A stretch of DNA of 64,000 nucleotides. It comes from an archaeon (GTDB lineage Archaea > Nanobdellota > Nanobdellia > Woesearchaeales > JBDRAZ01). The stretch is taken from NCBI GenBank assembly GCA_043823195.1, contig JBDRAZ010000038.1, positions 3,592 through 67,591 on the forward strand, written 5' to 3'. The stretch's first letter is position 1, and every line of letters begins with the position of its first letter. Below the pieces are notes generated by a model. The model did not search any database. It worked only from the letters and a program-made list of their open reading frames with translations, and was not told the DNA's origin. Both the position numbers and the translations under genes were made by a program. This document shows positions 19,416-28,161 of this stretch, piece after piece.

Positions 19416-19766
19416 ATGCCATACAAAAAAAATCCAAGATTTCATATCATCAACGGCCTGTGCGCAGCGGGCCTGCTTGTCTTTTCCATGCTGGACATTT
19501 TCGGCGTGATGCAATCAGATGTGTATCTTGCTGTTGCGCTGGCAATAAGCCTCTATTTCCTGGGATCTGTTGCGTATTTCCTGATCTACGAATATGAACC
19601 AAAGGCCAGGGTTATGCCAATTTTCTGGATTGCCATTTGTCCCCTGGTATTATTCGGGCTGATTACCGGGTCATTCCAGCTGAGGTATATAAATACAATA
19701 ATACTGATAATCTACGGGATCACGGCTGTTGCCTATTCATGGAACTGCGCTAAAAGAAAGAAGTGA
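19416..19766 (+). CDS. small integral membrane protein
   Basis: 116 aa with four hydrophobic segments. Confidence 0.4.
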   Translation: MPYKKNPRFHIINGLCAAGLLVFSMLDIFGVMQSDVYLAVALAISLYFLGSVAYFLIYEYEPKARVMPIFWIAICPLVLFGLITGSFQLRYINTIILIIYGITAVAYSWNCAKRKK

Positions 19767-20397
19767 GGTCTGTCAGGGGTTTTATAATATCTGCATTATC
19801 GTTGCCAGTATCATTGATAGCCGGAGGTACCTTGTAAATTTCCAGATCCCCGGGGAATGGTGTGAGCATGGATTTGAGCCTTTGGGGCGCGCCTTGCTGC
19901 AGCCAGTGGGTTTCTTCCTCCCGGCCCAGGATGGCGGGCATCCTGTCATGGACCTGCCGCACAACCGAATTTGGCTCAACAGTTATGATGGCAAAGGCCA
20001 GCCTATCCTGCCATCTGTCATATATTCCTGCAAAGGCAAAAGGCAGGCCATCTTTTTGCATTATCCTATACGGAACCTTGCCCGCCGGCGTTAATTTCCA
20101 CTCATAGAAGCCATCTGCAATAACCAGGCAGCGCTTATTTTTAAAGGCATCCCGGTATGCCGGCTTTTCTTCAAGAGTCTCAGCCCTTGCATTAATCATG
20201 CCCATTGCGTTCTTTGCCCAGCAGGGAGTCATGCCCCAGGTGCACATTGAAAGTGTTTTGGGGGATTCAGACAGGACAACCGGGCATTCCTGCGAAGGGG
20301 CTATGTTGTACCTTGGTGAAAGCTCAAAAGGGATGCCTATATTGAACCGTTCAGCAATGATATCCTTCCTCGCTGTCATGGAAAAACGGCCGCACAT
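19750..20397 (-). CDS. SOS-response-associated peptidase (SRAP; YedK/HMCES, DUF159) abasic-site processing protein
   Basis: N-terminus MCGRFSMT has the catalytic Cys2. Conserved YNIAPSQ and GFYEW motifs. Confidence 0.8.
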   Translation of the reverse strand: MCGRFSMTARKDIIAERFNIGIPFELSPRYNIAPSQECPVVLSESPKTLSMCTWGMTPCWAKNAMGMINARAETLEEKPAYRDAFKNKRCLVIADGFYEWKLTPAGKVPYRIMQKDGLPFAFAGIYDRWQDRLAFAIITVEPNSVVRQVHDRMPAILGREEETHWLQQGAPQRLKSMLTPFPGDLEIYKVPPAINDTGNDNADIIKPLTDLTSFF

Positions 20398-20413
20398 GGG
20401 ACAATAGCTGTTT

Positions 20414-21073
20414 TTGGAATATATAAATATAGCCGAAAGTCATTTAAATAAGTCACCACTGACCAGTCACCAAATGAGGTTCGACCTATATGACGGATGG
20501 GCGCCGAGAAAGCACTATGACGTGCTGGACCTAAAGTGCGGAGAAGGATTTGACAGGCTCTGCGATGTCTGCGAGCAGTTCCCGGAATGGCAGATGCTGG
20601 GGATAGATACCAGGCTTAAGAGCACTGCGGTGCTGACAACTATCGACCTTATAAGTTCAGACCCGCTGACCGTGCTTCCGTACCTTGCAGAAAGTTCTGC
20701 CGATACGGCCTATGCTGACTACTACCTCTGCGGCCTGTCAGACCAGGATGCCGAGACAGCCGGCAATCTTCTTGCAGAGAAGCTTGCCAGCGGCGCCAAG
20801 CTTTATGTGGGCTGCAGGAAAGGGGACCTGGACCGTGTAACACCCTTTATCGACAGGCAATACTTTGTGACAGATGACACCTATCCTATGCGGGCGGATG
20901 ATATTAGGTTATGCACGCAGGCGAGCAAGGACCTTGAGCTCATGAGATTGTTTAAGGAGATTGACGCAGGCAACCCGCAGAGGCTTCCGCCCCTCAGCGA
21001 CCATGATGTGCACAGGTTCACCGCGCACCCCAACGACCTTCAGCCCATGAGGATGGCGGCACGGAGGCGGTGA
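20414..21073 (+). CDS. hypothetical protein, possible SAM-dependent methyltransferase-like
   Basis: VLDLKCGEGFDRL resembles MTase motif I (VLDLGCGxG). Otherwise unassigned. Confidence 0.35.
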   Translation: MEYINIAESHLNKSPLTSHQMRFDLYDGWAPRKHYDVLDLKCGEGFDRLCDVCEQFPEWQMLGIDTRLKSTAVLTTIDLISSDPLTVLPYLAESSADTAYADYYLCGLSDQDAETAGNLLAEKLASGAKLYVGCRKGDLDRVTPFIDRQYFVTDDTYPMRADDIRLCTQASKDLELMRLFKEIDAGNPQRLPPLSDHDVHRFTAHPNDLQPMRMAARRR

Positions 21074-21564
21074 TGGGGAGCAGACACTTTGATACGGACG
21101 GATCTCCAAAGCTGCCGGAGATCGCAGAGGAAATCAGGGGCCATGTGGAAAACCTTAGGCTCGAGATGGGGGAGCACGGATATGTAATTATCGACCCCAC
21201 CTATAACGGCACTGCAGACCCGATTGAAGTGAACATGCATCCTGATATTACAGGTGTTGATGGAAGAAAGCTTTGCGTCAATGACATCTATGTCGTAGGA
21301 AGCCAGGCAGAGGCGATGCTCGCCGGCGGTTACCGGATGGGACTGGACCTGGACCTGCTTGTAAGGCTGAACGCTATATCTTTTGGCATCCCGGGCGCGT
21401 TCTCTTCAATAAGCTACCAGATGATGAGGTGGCTGAACAGGGAATATGCAGAAGTGTATGTAAGGATTGGCTCAGAAGAATATGGACGGCTGGTAACCAC
21501 GTTTGTAAGAGGAAGAGATCATGAAGTTGAAATTCCCGGAAAGCCGCATATGCTTCTGGAATAG
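21070..21564 (+). CDS. hypothetical protein
   Basis: 164 aa. Start overlaps the stop of the upstream gene (ATGA). Confidence 0.35.
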   Translation: MMGSRHFDTDGSPKLPEIAEEIRGHVENLRLEMGEHGYVIIDPTYNGTADPIEVNMHPDITGVDGRKLCVNDIYVVGSQAEAMLAGGYRMGLDLDLLVRLNAISFGIPGAFSSISYQMMRWLNREYAEVYVRIGSEEYGRLVTTFVRGRDHEVEIPGKPHMLLE

Positions 21565-21567
21565 AAA

Positions 21568-21664
21568 TGCCCCGCACGGGATTCGAACCCGTGTCCCAGC
21601 CTCGAGAGGGCTGGATGATTGGTTATCCAACGGTTTAGCCGTTTCCGGACTACACCAGCGGGGC
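21568..21664 (-). tRNA. tRNA-Glu (anticodon CUC) with apparent 22-nt non-canonical intron in the D-loop
   Basis: Reverse complement folds as follows. Acceptor GCCCCGC/GCGGGGC plus discriminator A. T-arm ACGGGUUCGAAUCCCGU. Anticodon stem-loop CAGCC-CUCUCGA-GGCUG. The D-arm UGGUGUAGUCCGG / CCAAUCAUC is interrupted by AAACGGCUAAACCGUUGGAUAA. Confidence 0.5.
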
Positions 21665-21703
21665 GCAGAAAAGAGGGTTTAAAGGAGGTTTATTAATTTT
21701 ACT

Positions 21704-22450
21704 ATGAATTTCAGAAGAACGATCAGGAAGATCGGGGAGAATAGGTATAACACCAAGAAACCCAATAGCGTAAGCGACCTGGTATATCCGGGCACAGAAA
21801 GAATCCCCTACAGGGAATATATGGCGTACAAGATAAACGAGGGAGGTCACGATCTTGTGATAGAGTCTGCCTGCGCACAGGGCGAGCACAAGACGCATGA
21901 TATACTGAGACGGAAGTATGACTGGGAGGGCAGGTATGTAACAATCAACACAGGAAAACCTGTTGAGGAATACACAGACCAGCCGTTGTTTCAGGCAGAC
22001 GGTGACGGGATGGACCCTGAACTGCTGGGAAAGATAGTTGATACAGCCGCCGCATCAAGACCTGTATATGCGGTCAATATGGCTATAGGAATTATGCTCT
22101 CGTACTTCCCTGAAAGGATGGGATACGAATCAAGGCGCGGAGATGAGGCGGAAATTTGTGTACCGCTGCTGGAAGCCAGAACAGATTTATGGAGCAGGAA
22201 CATGGCTCGGTCCTCCCTGGAAGTATTGTTTATGAGTGATTATGTGGCCGATGACAGCAATCATATCGAGTGCCAAGGAACTTGGAGGCCGGTCCCAAAC
22301 GGATTGTACGGTGGGCTTGGCGGCCTGAACCGTAGCCTGATGCGTCTGTTCTCTGACAGAATGGTGGAATTTGGATGGACAGTCTCTGAGGTAGAGATAA
22401 ACAACTGGCCCGGACCTTATACTGAAAGCTTTTTTACTTTCACGAGATAA
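21704..22450 (+). CDS. hypothetical protein
   Basis: 248 aa, host-like composition. No motif recognised. Confidence 0.45.
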   Translation: MNFRRTIRKIGENRYNTKKPNSVSDLVYPGTERIPYREYMAYKINEGGHDLVIESACAQGEHKTHDILRRKYDWEGRYVTINTGKPVEEYTDQPLFQADGDGMDPELLGKIVDTAAASRPVYAVNMAIGIMLSYFPERMGYESRRGDEAEICVPLLEARTDLWSRNMARSSLEVLFMSDYVADDSNHIECQGTWRPVPNGLYGGLGGLNRSLMRLFSDRMVEFGWTVSEVEINNWPGPYTESFFTFTR

Positions 22451-22861
22451 ACAAGTTACTTCTTCCAGTACTCCCTGAATGCTGAGAGATGCCGCCTTGT
22501 GGAGTATGATATTTCCCTTAACTGTGACGTGTATTGGTGCAGATTACCCAAGAGCAGAAGGATTATCAGATCTTACGGACCATATGATCATAAAACGCCG
22601 TGGCCCGGACGGACAGAAATCAGGGATTTCTGAATCCGGCCCATTGCAAATTGTATGAAAAGACGCCGTGGCCCGGATTTTCAATGATTCACTTTGGTAG
22701 GTCCGTGAGACTTTACGTCTCACTTGAGCACCTTTTACCAGATTTTAGTAAAATCTGTTTGAACCGGGACATCCCGAAGGAAACAAGCTTTCCAGGCTTG
22801 CGCAGTACCAGGTTGTGCCACCACGGCATAAAAAAACAAAACAAGAGAGAATTAATAAAGC

Positions 22862-23173
22862 TTACGCCTCAATCATCTCGATCTCAATAGAGAGACCTTC
22901 AGGAATCGGAACCCGCATAATAAGCCTTAATGCCCGCTCATCAATGCCCAAATCAATCAGGCGCTTGTGAACCCGCATCTCATAGCGCTCCCAGGTGGCC
23001 TTGCCCTCACCATCGGGGCTCTTGCGGGTTGTTACCCTCAATTTCTTTGTAGGAAGAGGTATAGGGCCACGCATGGTCACTCCTGTTTTATCAGCGATAT
23101 CTTTAATATACTTACATGTCTCATTGATCTTGTTAATGTCAACGCTGGCTAGTTTTATTCGTGCTTTCTGCAT
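22862..23173 (-). CDS. rps10: 30S ribosomal protein uS10
   Basis: The 103-aa sequence [23 protein letters not shown]...RVHKRLIDL is a typical S10. It lies downstream of EF-1alpha, as in the archaeal str cluster. Confidence 0.9.
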   Translation of the reverse strand: MQKARIKLASVDINKINETCKYIKDIADKTGVTMRGPIPLPTKKLRVTTRKSPDGEGKATWERYEMRVHKRLIDLGIDERALRLIMRVPIPEGLSIEIEMIEA

Positions 23174-23227
23174 TTCGAGAGTGCCTCATGATAAATACGG
23201 ATTCACCATGACCCTAAAGGGAAAAAA

Positions 23228-24508
23228 TTATTTCTTGACAAGGTCAATACACATTCCTGCAGCGACTGTAACACCGGAATCCCTGATGGCAAACCTTGAC
23301 ATATGCGGTATCACATCAGACTTCTCGATTACAATCGGCTGCGTAGGCTTGATCTTGACTATTGCTGCGTCTCCGTTTTTTATAAACTCTGGATTCTCCT
23401 TAATGACCTGGCCTGATGCAGGATCGAGCTGCTTCTCGATAGCCATGATCTGGCAGGCAACCTGCGCTGTGTGGATGTGGAATACAGGCGTGTAGCCCAC
23501 AGTCATAACAGTCGGATGATTAAGGACAACAATCCTAGCTGTAAACTCGGTGGCAACCGTCGGGACATTGTCGCTCTTTCCGAGCACATCCCCGCGGGTC
23601 ATCTCACCCTTGTTAATGCCCCGGACGTTGAAACCTACATTGTCGCCGGGCGTTGCTTCCTGCATCTGCTCGTGATGCATCTCAATGGATTTGACCTCTC
23701 CGGATACACCCTTGCCCTCTCTTGCGGGAACAACAGTCACCTTGTCACCGATCTTCATAACACCGGTCTCAACCCTGCCAACGGGAACAACGCCGATGCC
23801 TGTGATGTTGTAGACGTCCTGAATGGGGAGCCTGAGCGGCAGTTCGGTTGGCTTCTCAGGCGGATTCAGCTGGTCCATTGTCTGGAAAAGCGTACTGCCT
23901 GTGTACCAGGGCATTTTGTCTGATTTATTGTAGACATTCTCGCCCTTAAGGGCTGCAATGGGAATAAAGTGCACCTTGCTTGGGTTGTATCCTACGCTCT
24001 TAAGGAGAGTCTCGACCTCTGCCTTGACCTTATCAAATACAGCCTGTTCATAGTTCTTCATATCCATCTTGTTTACTGCAATGATCAGCTGGTCAACACC
24101 GAGTGTCCTGGAAAGGAAGATGTGCTCCTTTGTCTGGGCCATGACACCGTCATTTGCAGCAACAACAACCACAGCTGCCTCAGCCTGGCTTGCGCCGGTG
24201 ATCATGTTCTTGATGAAGTCCTTGTGGCCTGGTGCATCGATTATTGTGAAATAGTATTTTTCTGTGTCGAACTTCTTGTGGGCAAGATCAATTGTAACGC
24301 CCCTTTCCCGCTCTTCTTTTAGGTTGTCCATAACAAAGGCAAACTCGAATCCCGGTTTTCCCAGCTCTTTTGCCTTCTCGGTCAGCTTTCTCATCGTCTG
24401 CTCATCGATGTTCTTCGAATCGTAGAGTAACCTGCCAACTGTTGTGGATTTACCATGATCTACGTGACCTATGAATACCAGATTGATATGCACTTTACCT
24501 TTTGCCAT
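23228..24508 (-). CDS. tuf: translation elongation factor 1-alpha (aEF-1A)
   Basis: [30 protein letters not shown] contains the G1 motif. The DAPGH and NKMD G-motifs are also present. Confidence 0.95.
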   Translation of the reverse strand: MAKGKVHINLVFIGHVDHGKSTTVGRLLYDSKNIDEQTMRKLTEKAKELGKPGFEFAFVMDNLKEERERGVTIDLAHKKFDTEKYYFTIIDAPGHKDFIKNMITGASQAEAAVVVVAANDGVMAQTKEHIFLSRTLGVDQLIIAVNKMDMKNYEQAVFDKVKAEVETLLKSVGYNPSKVHFIPIAALKGENVYNKSDKMPWYTGSTLFQTMDQLNPPEKPTELPLRLPIQDVYNITGIGVVPVGRVETGVMKIGDKVTVVPAREGKGVSGEVKSIEMHHEQMQEATPGDNVGFNVRGINKGEMTRGDVLGKSDNVPTVATEFTARIVVLNHPTVMTVGYTPVFHIHTAQVACQIMAIEKQLDPASGQVIKENPEFIKNGDAAIVKIKPTQPIVIEKSDVIPHMSRFAIRDSGVTVAAGMCIDLVKK

Positions 24509-24569
24509 AATATCCCTCCGTGTTTTTTCGAAGTTGGGGTTTCAGTAGGACTATTTAAATTTTTTTGTT

Positions 24570-26720
24570 TTAACTCTCGTCCTTCAAACCCTTTCTTCCT
24601 CGAATATTGCCAATGGTTTTCTGCTGAAGTTCTTCAGGCAGTTTTTCAAACGACTGATCAACCAATGAATAGCTGCCCCTTCCGGATGTTGCGCTCCTGA
24701 GTTCTGAAGCCAGGCCGAACATCTCGCCTACCGGGAGCTTTCCCCTGACAGTGATATGCTCACCCTCCTGCTGGACATCAAGCATCTGTCCCCTTTTGGA
24801 AGATATCAGGCTGGATATTCCGCCAAGGAAATCAGCCGGCGCCTCAAACTGGAGGGTCTGGACCGGCTCAAACACCAGCGGCCTTGCCTGCATCATCGCC
24901 CCCCTTATACTCTCCCTGAGAGCAGGATATACCTGAGCAGGTCCACGATGGATTGCATCCTCGTGGAGAGTGGTATCCATAAAAGAGACCTTGACCCGTG
25001 TACAGGGCTCCCGGGCAAGAGGCCCCGCGCCTATGACATCCTCAAACATATCCATGACCATCTCCATAACCTCACCGATATGGACTATGCCCCTGGTCAT
25101 GTCCACCAATAGGTTACCATTGTGTATCTCCTTGACCTTGGCTGCGTCTTTTGCAGTCATTCCGCATTCAACAAGAGTATCAATGATGCCCTGATCCTTC
25201 TTCTTGATCCTCATCTCGGGCAGCCGCCCGTTTTTTATCGCGGCGGTAATCGAATCATCGAGAACACCGACCTTGAACTTGAATTTGTTGTGCTTATTTG
25301 GGGATTTGCCCTCCACCTCTGGGGATTCTTTTGTTACTGTCTCCCTGTATACAACAATGGGGGGGCTGCTTTTTACCTCAACACCCTTTTCAGTAATAAT
25401 GCGGTTCTCGATCACCTCAAGGTGCAGCTCACCCATGCCGCTGATCAGATGCTCGCCGGTTTCCTCATTGATCTGTATAACTATCGTCGGATCCTCTTTA
25501 CTGACTGTGCGGAGGACTTCAATGAGCTTTGGCAGGTCGCTCGGCCTTTTTGCCTCAATTGCCTTTGTGACAACCGGCTCGAAGATGTGCTGGATCTTTT
25601 CAAAGGGCTCAGATGGGCTGAGTGAAATGGTTTCCCCCGGAATTGCCTGAAGCCCTGCAACACCTACAATATTGCCGGCCGGCACATTTTCCACAATCTC
25701 CCTCTTTGCACCATTATAAATAAAGACCTGCTGAACCCTGCACCAGGTTTTTGCCAGATTCAGATAGACGCTGGTTCCCTTTCTGATGCTCCCTGAGAAC
25801 AGCCGTCCCGCAGCAATCTCGCCTGCCTGCGGATCGACCACAATCTTTGTAATGACAAAGAATACGGGCCCGTTGGCATCACAGCTGATCAGTGCCTTTC
25901 CATCTACACTCTCAAGTTCGCCATGCCACAGGCTGGGAACCCTGTATGCCTGGGCATCGACAGGATTTGGCAGGTGCCTGATCACTGCATTCAGGAGCAC
26001 GGTATGAAGGGGCGCCTTTTTTTTAATCTCATCAACCGTGTCATTTGCATAGGCATCAATAATGTCTTTGAAGCCGATGCCGACCCTCTGCATGTAGAGC
26101 AGCGATACTGCCCAGTTGTGGTAGGCTGAACCAAAGCAGACTGACCCGTCCTGGACATTGACCTTCCACTTTTCCTTGTACTCCTTGGGGGCAATGCTCT
26201 CAATCAGCTTGTTTACGTGGGCAATCATCTTTATGAAACGGTCCTGCATGCTCTGAGGCGTAAGTTGCAGCTCTTTCAGAAGCCGGTCTACCTTGTTTAT
26301 GAAAAGTATCGGCTTGACCTTTTCCTTGAGAGCCTGCCTAAGCACGGTCTCTGTCTGCGGCATCACGCCCTCAACAGCGCAGCATAATACAACAACACCA
26401 TCCACAGCGCGCATAGCCCTTGTTACGTCACCGCCGAAATCCACGTGTCCGGGTGTATCGATAAGATTAATGAGATACTCCTCATCGTTGAGCGAGTGCA
26501 CCATGGAGACAGAGGCAGAATCAATTGTGATTCCGCGCGTCTGCTCATCCTCATGAAAATCCAGAACAAGCTGCTTTCCTGCCAGCTCTTCAGAGATCAT
26601 GCCTGCTCCTGCAAGGAGATTCTCTGACAGTGTTGTCTTGCCGTGGTCGATATGTGCTGCTATTCCTATGTTTCTAATATTCTTAGGCCTGTTCATAAGC
26701 CTTGTAACCTTGCTAACCAT
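24570..26720 (-). CDS. fusA: translation elongation factor 2 (aEF-2)
   Basis: NIRNIGIAAHIDHGKTTLSENLLAGAGMIS is the canonical aEF-2 N-terminus. Start chosen at the internal MVSKVTRLM rather than the ORF-track upstream Met. Confidence 0.95.
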   Translation of the reverse strand: MVSKVTRLMNRPKNIRNIGIAAHIDHGKTTLSENLLAGAGMISEELAGKQLVLDFHEDEQTRGITIDSASVSMVHSLNDEEYLINLIDTPGHVDFGGDVTRAMRAVDGVVVLCCAVEGVMPQTETVLRQALKEKVKPILFINKVDRLLKELQLTPQSMQDRFIKMIAHVNKLIESIAPKEYKEKWKVNVQDGSVCFGSAYHNWAVSLLYMQRVGIGFKDIIDAYANDTVDEIKKKAPLHTVLLNAVIRHLPNPVDAQAYRVPSLWHGELESVDGKALISCDANGPVFFVITKIVVDPQAGEIAAGRLFSGSIRKGTSVYLNLAKTWCRVQQVFIYNGAKREIVENVPAGNIVGVAGLQAIPGETISLSPSEPFEKIQHIFEPVVTKAIEAKRPSDLPKLIEVLRTVSKEDPTIVIQINEETGEHLISGMGELHLEVIENRIITEKGVEVKSSPPIVVYRETVTKESPEVEGKSPNKHNKFKFKVGVLDDSITAAIKNGRLPEMRIKKKDQGIIDTLVECGMTAKDAAKVKEIHNGNLLVDMTRGIVHIGEVMEMVMDMFEDVIGAGPLAREPCTRVKVSFMDTTLHEDAIHRGPAQVYPALRESIRGAMMQARPLVFEPVQTLQFEAPADFLGGISSLISSKRGQMLDVQQEGEHITVRGKLPVGEMFGLASELRSATSGRGSYSLVDQSFEKLPEELQQKTIGNIRGRKGLKDES

Positions 26721-26741
26721 CTTTTCTGACAAATATATCAC

Positions 26742-27221
26742 CTATAATACGTGCTTATCATGTACTGTGGAATATTTATGGAGTTCCGTGTTATTAAACC
26801 AGAGCTCAATCTCGGCCTTGGCATTCTCCGCTGAGTCCGAAGCATGCACCAGGTTCTTGATTGGTATGCCCTTGTTGTCTGTGTACGAATATGAGTGGAA
26901 AGCATAGTCTCCGCGTATCGTTCCCGGGAGCGCCCTAAGGGGCTCGGTGTCACCGATAAACTTGCGCGCGATTGCCACTGCCTTTATTCCTTCCAGCACC
27001 ATTGCCACAACCGGCCCGCTCGTCATGAACACTTCCAGACCCGGATAGAAGGGCTTGTCAACATGCGGCGCATAGTGCTTTCTGCAGAACTCCTTATCAA
27101 CCCAGACCATCTTCAGGCCGATTATCTTAAGGCCGACTGTCTCGAACCGGTTGATAATCTCTCCAACCAGCCCGCGCTCAACAGCATCAGGCTTTACCAG
27201 TATCAGTGTTCTTTCTATCAT
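26742..27221 (-). CDS. ndk: nucleoside diphosphate kinase
   Basis: MIERTLILVKPDAVERGLVGEIINRFE and the NLVHASDS active-site region identify NDK. Start chosen at the internal Met. Confidence 0.9.
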   Translation of the reverse strand: MIERTLILVKPDAVERGLVGEIINRFETVGLKIIGLKMVWVDKEFCRKHYAPHVDKPFYPGLEVFMTSGPVVAMVLEGIKAVAIARKFIGDTEPLRALPGTIRGDYAFHSYSYTDNKGIPIKNLVHASDSAENAKAEIELWFNNTELHKYSTVHDKHVL

Positions 27222-27402
27222 TTTGTACCTTTTCTTTTCGGAAATCATTTGTCCATCTGACTTTCCGGGGCTTTCTTCCCAGCTTCAGGAGGTTTTTCTC
27301 GCACTTGGAGGAGCACAAATGCAGAATCTTTCCGCTGGTCCTCACAAAAATCTTTCCGGTACCCTCCCGAATGGTATTGCCGCAAAAATTGCATACTGAC
27401 AT
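27187..27402 (-). CDS. rpl24e: 50S ribosomal protein L24e
   Basis: Contains the zinc-binding CNFCG...C..KC motif. It sits in the conserved ndk-L24e-S28e-L7Ae cluster. Confidence 0.85.
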   Translation of the reverse strand: MSVCNFCGNTIREGTGKIFVRTSGKILHLCSSKCEKNLLKLGRKPRKVRWTNDFRKEKVQNDRKNTDTGKA

Positions 27403-27662
27403 TATACAGTACCTCTCCCACCCTTGTTCAGCTGTTTTGCCTCAAATTCGGTCTCCCGCAGCATCAGGGTGTCCCCAATCTGGACCGGACCCTTGACATT
27501 TCGCCTCAGGATCTTGTTTGCGTCCCTGCCTTCCAATACCTTGCATCGCACCTGTATTGCCTCTCCGCGGGTTCCTGTCTGGCCGATAATCTCTTCAACT
27601 GTTGCCGGTGTTGCCTCAGTAAACATAATCTTGGCTTTCTTTACTTCCTTTTGTTCAGCCAT
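27402..27662 (-). CDS. rps28e: 30S ribosomal protein S28e
   Basis: [59 protein letters not shown] is typical of S28e. Confidence 0.85.
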   Translation of the reverse strand: MAEQKEVKKAKIMFTEATPATVEEIIGQTGTRGEAIQVRCKVLEGRDANKILRRNVKGPVQIGDTLMLRETEFEAKQLNKGGRGTV

Positions 27663-27669
27663 TTGACCC

Positions 27670-28002
27670 TCACTTGCCGGTAATTTCCTTTACTGTGTCT
27701 TTTGCGTCGCCAGCTTCAACAATGGCAACACTCACCGTTGGGACGTCAAGGCCGGCTGCTGCCCCAAGCTCTTCACGCTTCTCCACCAGCACGCATTTAA
27801 TGCCCTTTTCTTCGCATAGGGCAGGCAGGTGCATCGTGATCTCAGGAGGATTAACGTCCTTTGCTACAACAACAAGCTTTGCTGTACCCTTTTCGATGCA
27901 TTTGGTAACCTCGTTTGTGCCTTTCCTTATTTTGCCTGTTGCCTTAGCTACCTCTATGGCCTCAAAGATTTTATCCATTAGCTCATCAGTCATGTTTTTC
28001 AC
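27670..28002 (-). CDS. rpl7ae: 50S ribosomal protein L7Ae
   Basis: The sequence [31 protein letters not shown]...[15 protein letters not shown] is typical of L7Ae/L30e. Confidence 0.9.
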   Translation of the reverse strand: MKNMTDELMDKIFEAIEVAKATGKIRKGTNEVTKCIEKGTAKLVVVAKDVNPPEITMHLPALCEEKGIKCVLVEKREELGAAAGLDVPTVSVAIVEAGDAKDTVKEITGK

Positions 28003-28161
28003 CCTCTAATGTAACCATTCCGAAGAATAAGTTACCTCTCCGGGACAGAGCCCCGGTCATCAGTGGATTGAGGGAATTTCCGGCAGTATTTAAAGGTTGC
28101 GCTCCGATTCAAGAATGGTGAGCTAAAATGACTACCAAAAAGTTTATATAGGAGTTGGGTA

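Noticed and set aside
19729-20407. Plus-strand ORFs 19729-20094, 19862-20107 and 20198-20407 overlapping the SRAP gene.
   Set aside because: They lie entirely within or antisense to a confidently identified SRAP CDS and have no motifs.
22593-22680. The two acgccgtggcccgga copies as att-site remnants of a second integrated element.
   Set aside because: No integrase, no compositional shift and no tRNA match. The copies are only 67 bp apart. They are more consistent with repeated stems of a structured RNA or a regulatory site.
24751-26556. Numerous plus-strand ORFs (60-170 aa) inside the EF-2 gene, and similar ones inside EF-1alpha, PpsA, CimA and the radical SAM genes.
   Set aside because: They are antisense shadow ORFs within well-supported highly conserved genes. 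Their amino-acid composition is low-complexity (Ser/Pro/Arg-rich) and they carry no motifs.
26721-26741. The long N-terminal extension of EF-2 (MIYLSEK) overlapping ndk.
   Set aside because: aEF-2 proteins start about 20 residues before the G1 motif, so the internal Met is the plausible start. The extension would overlap the ndk stop.
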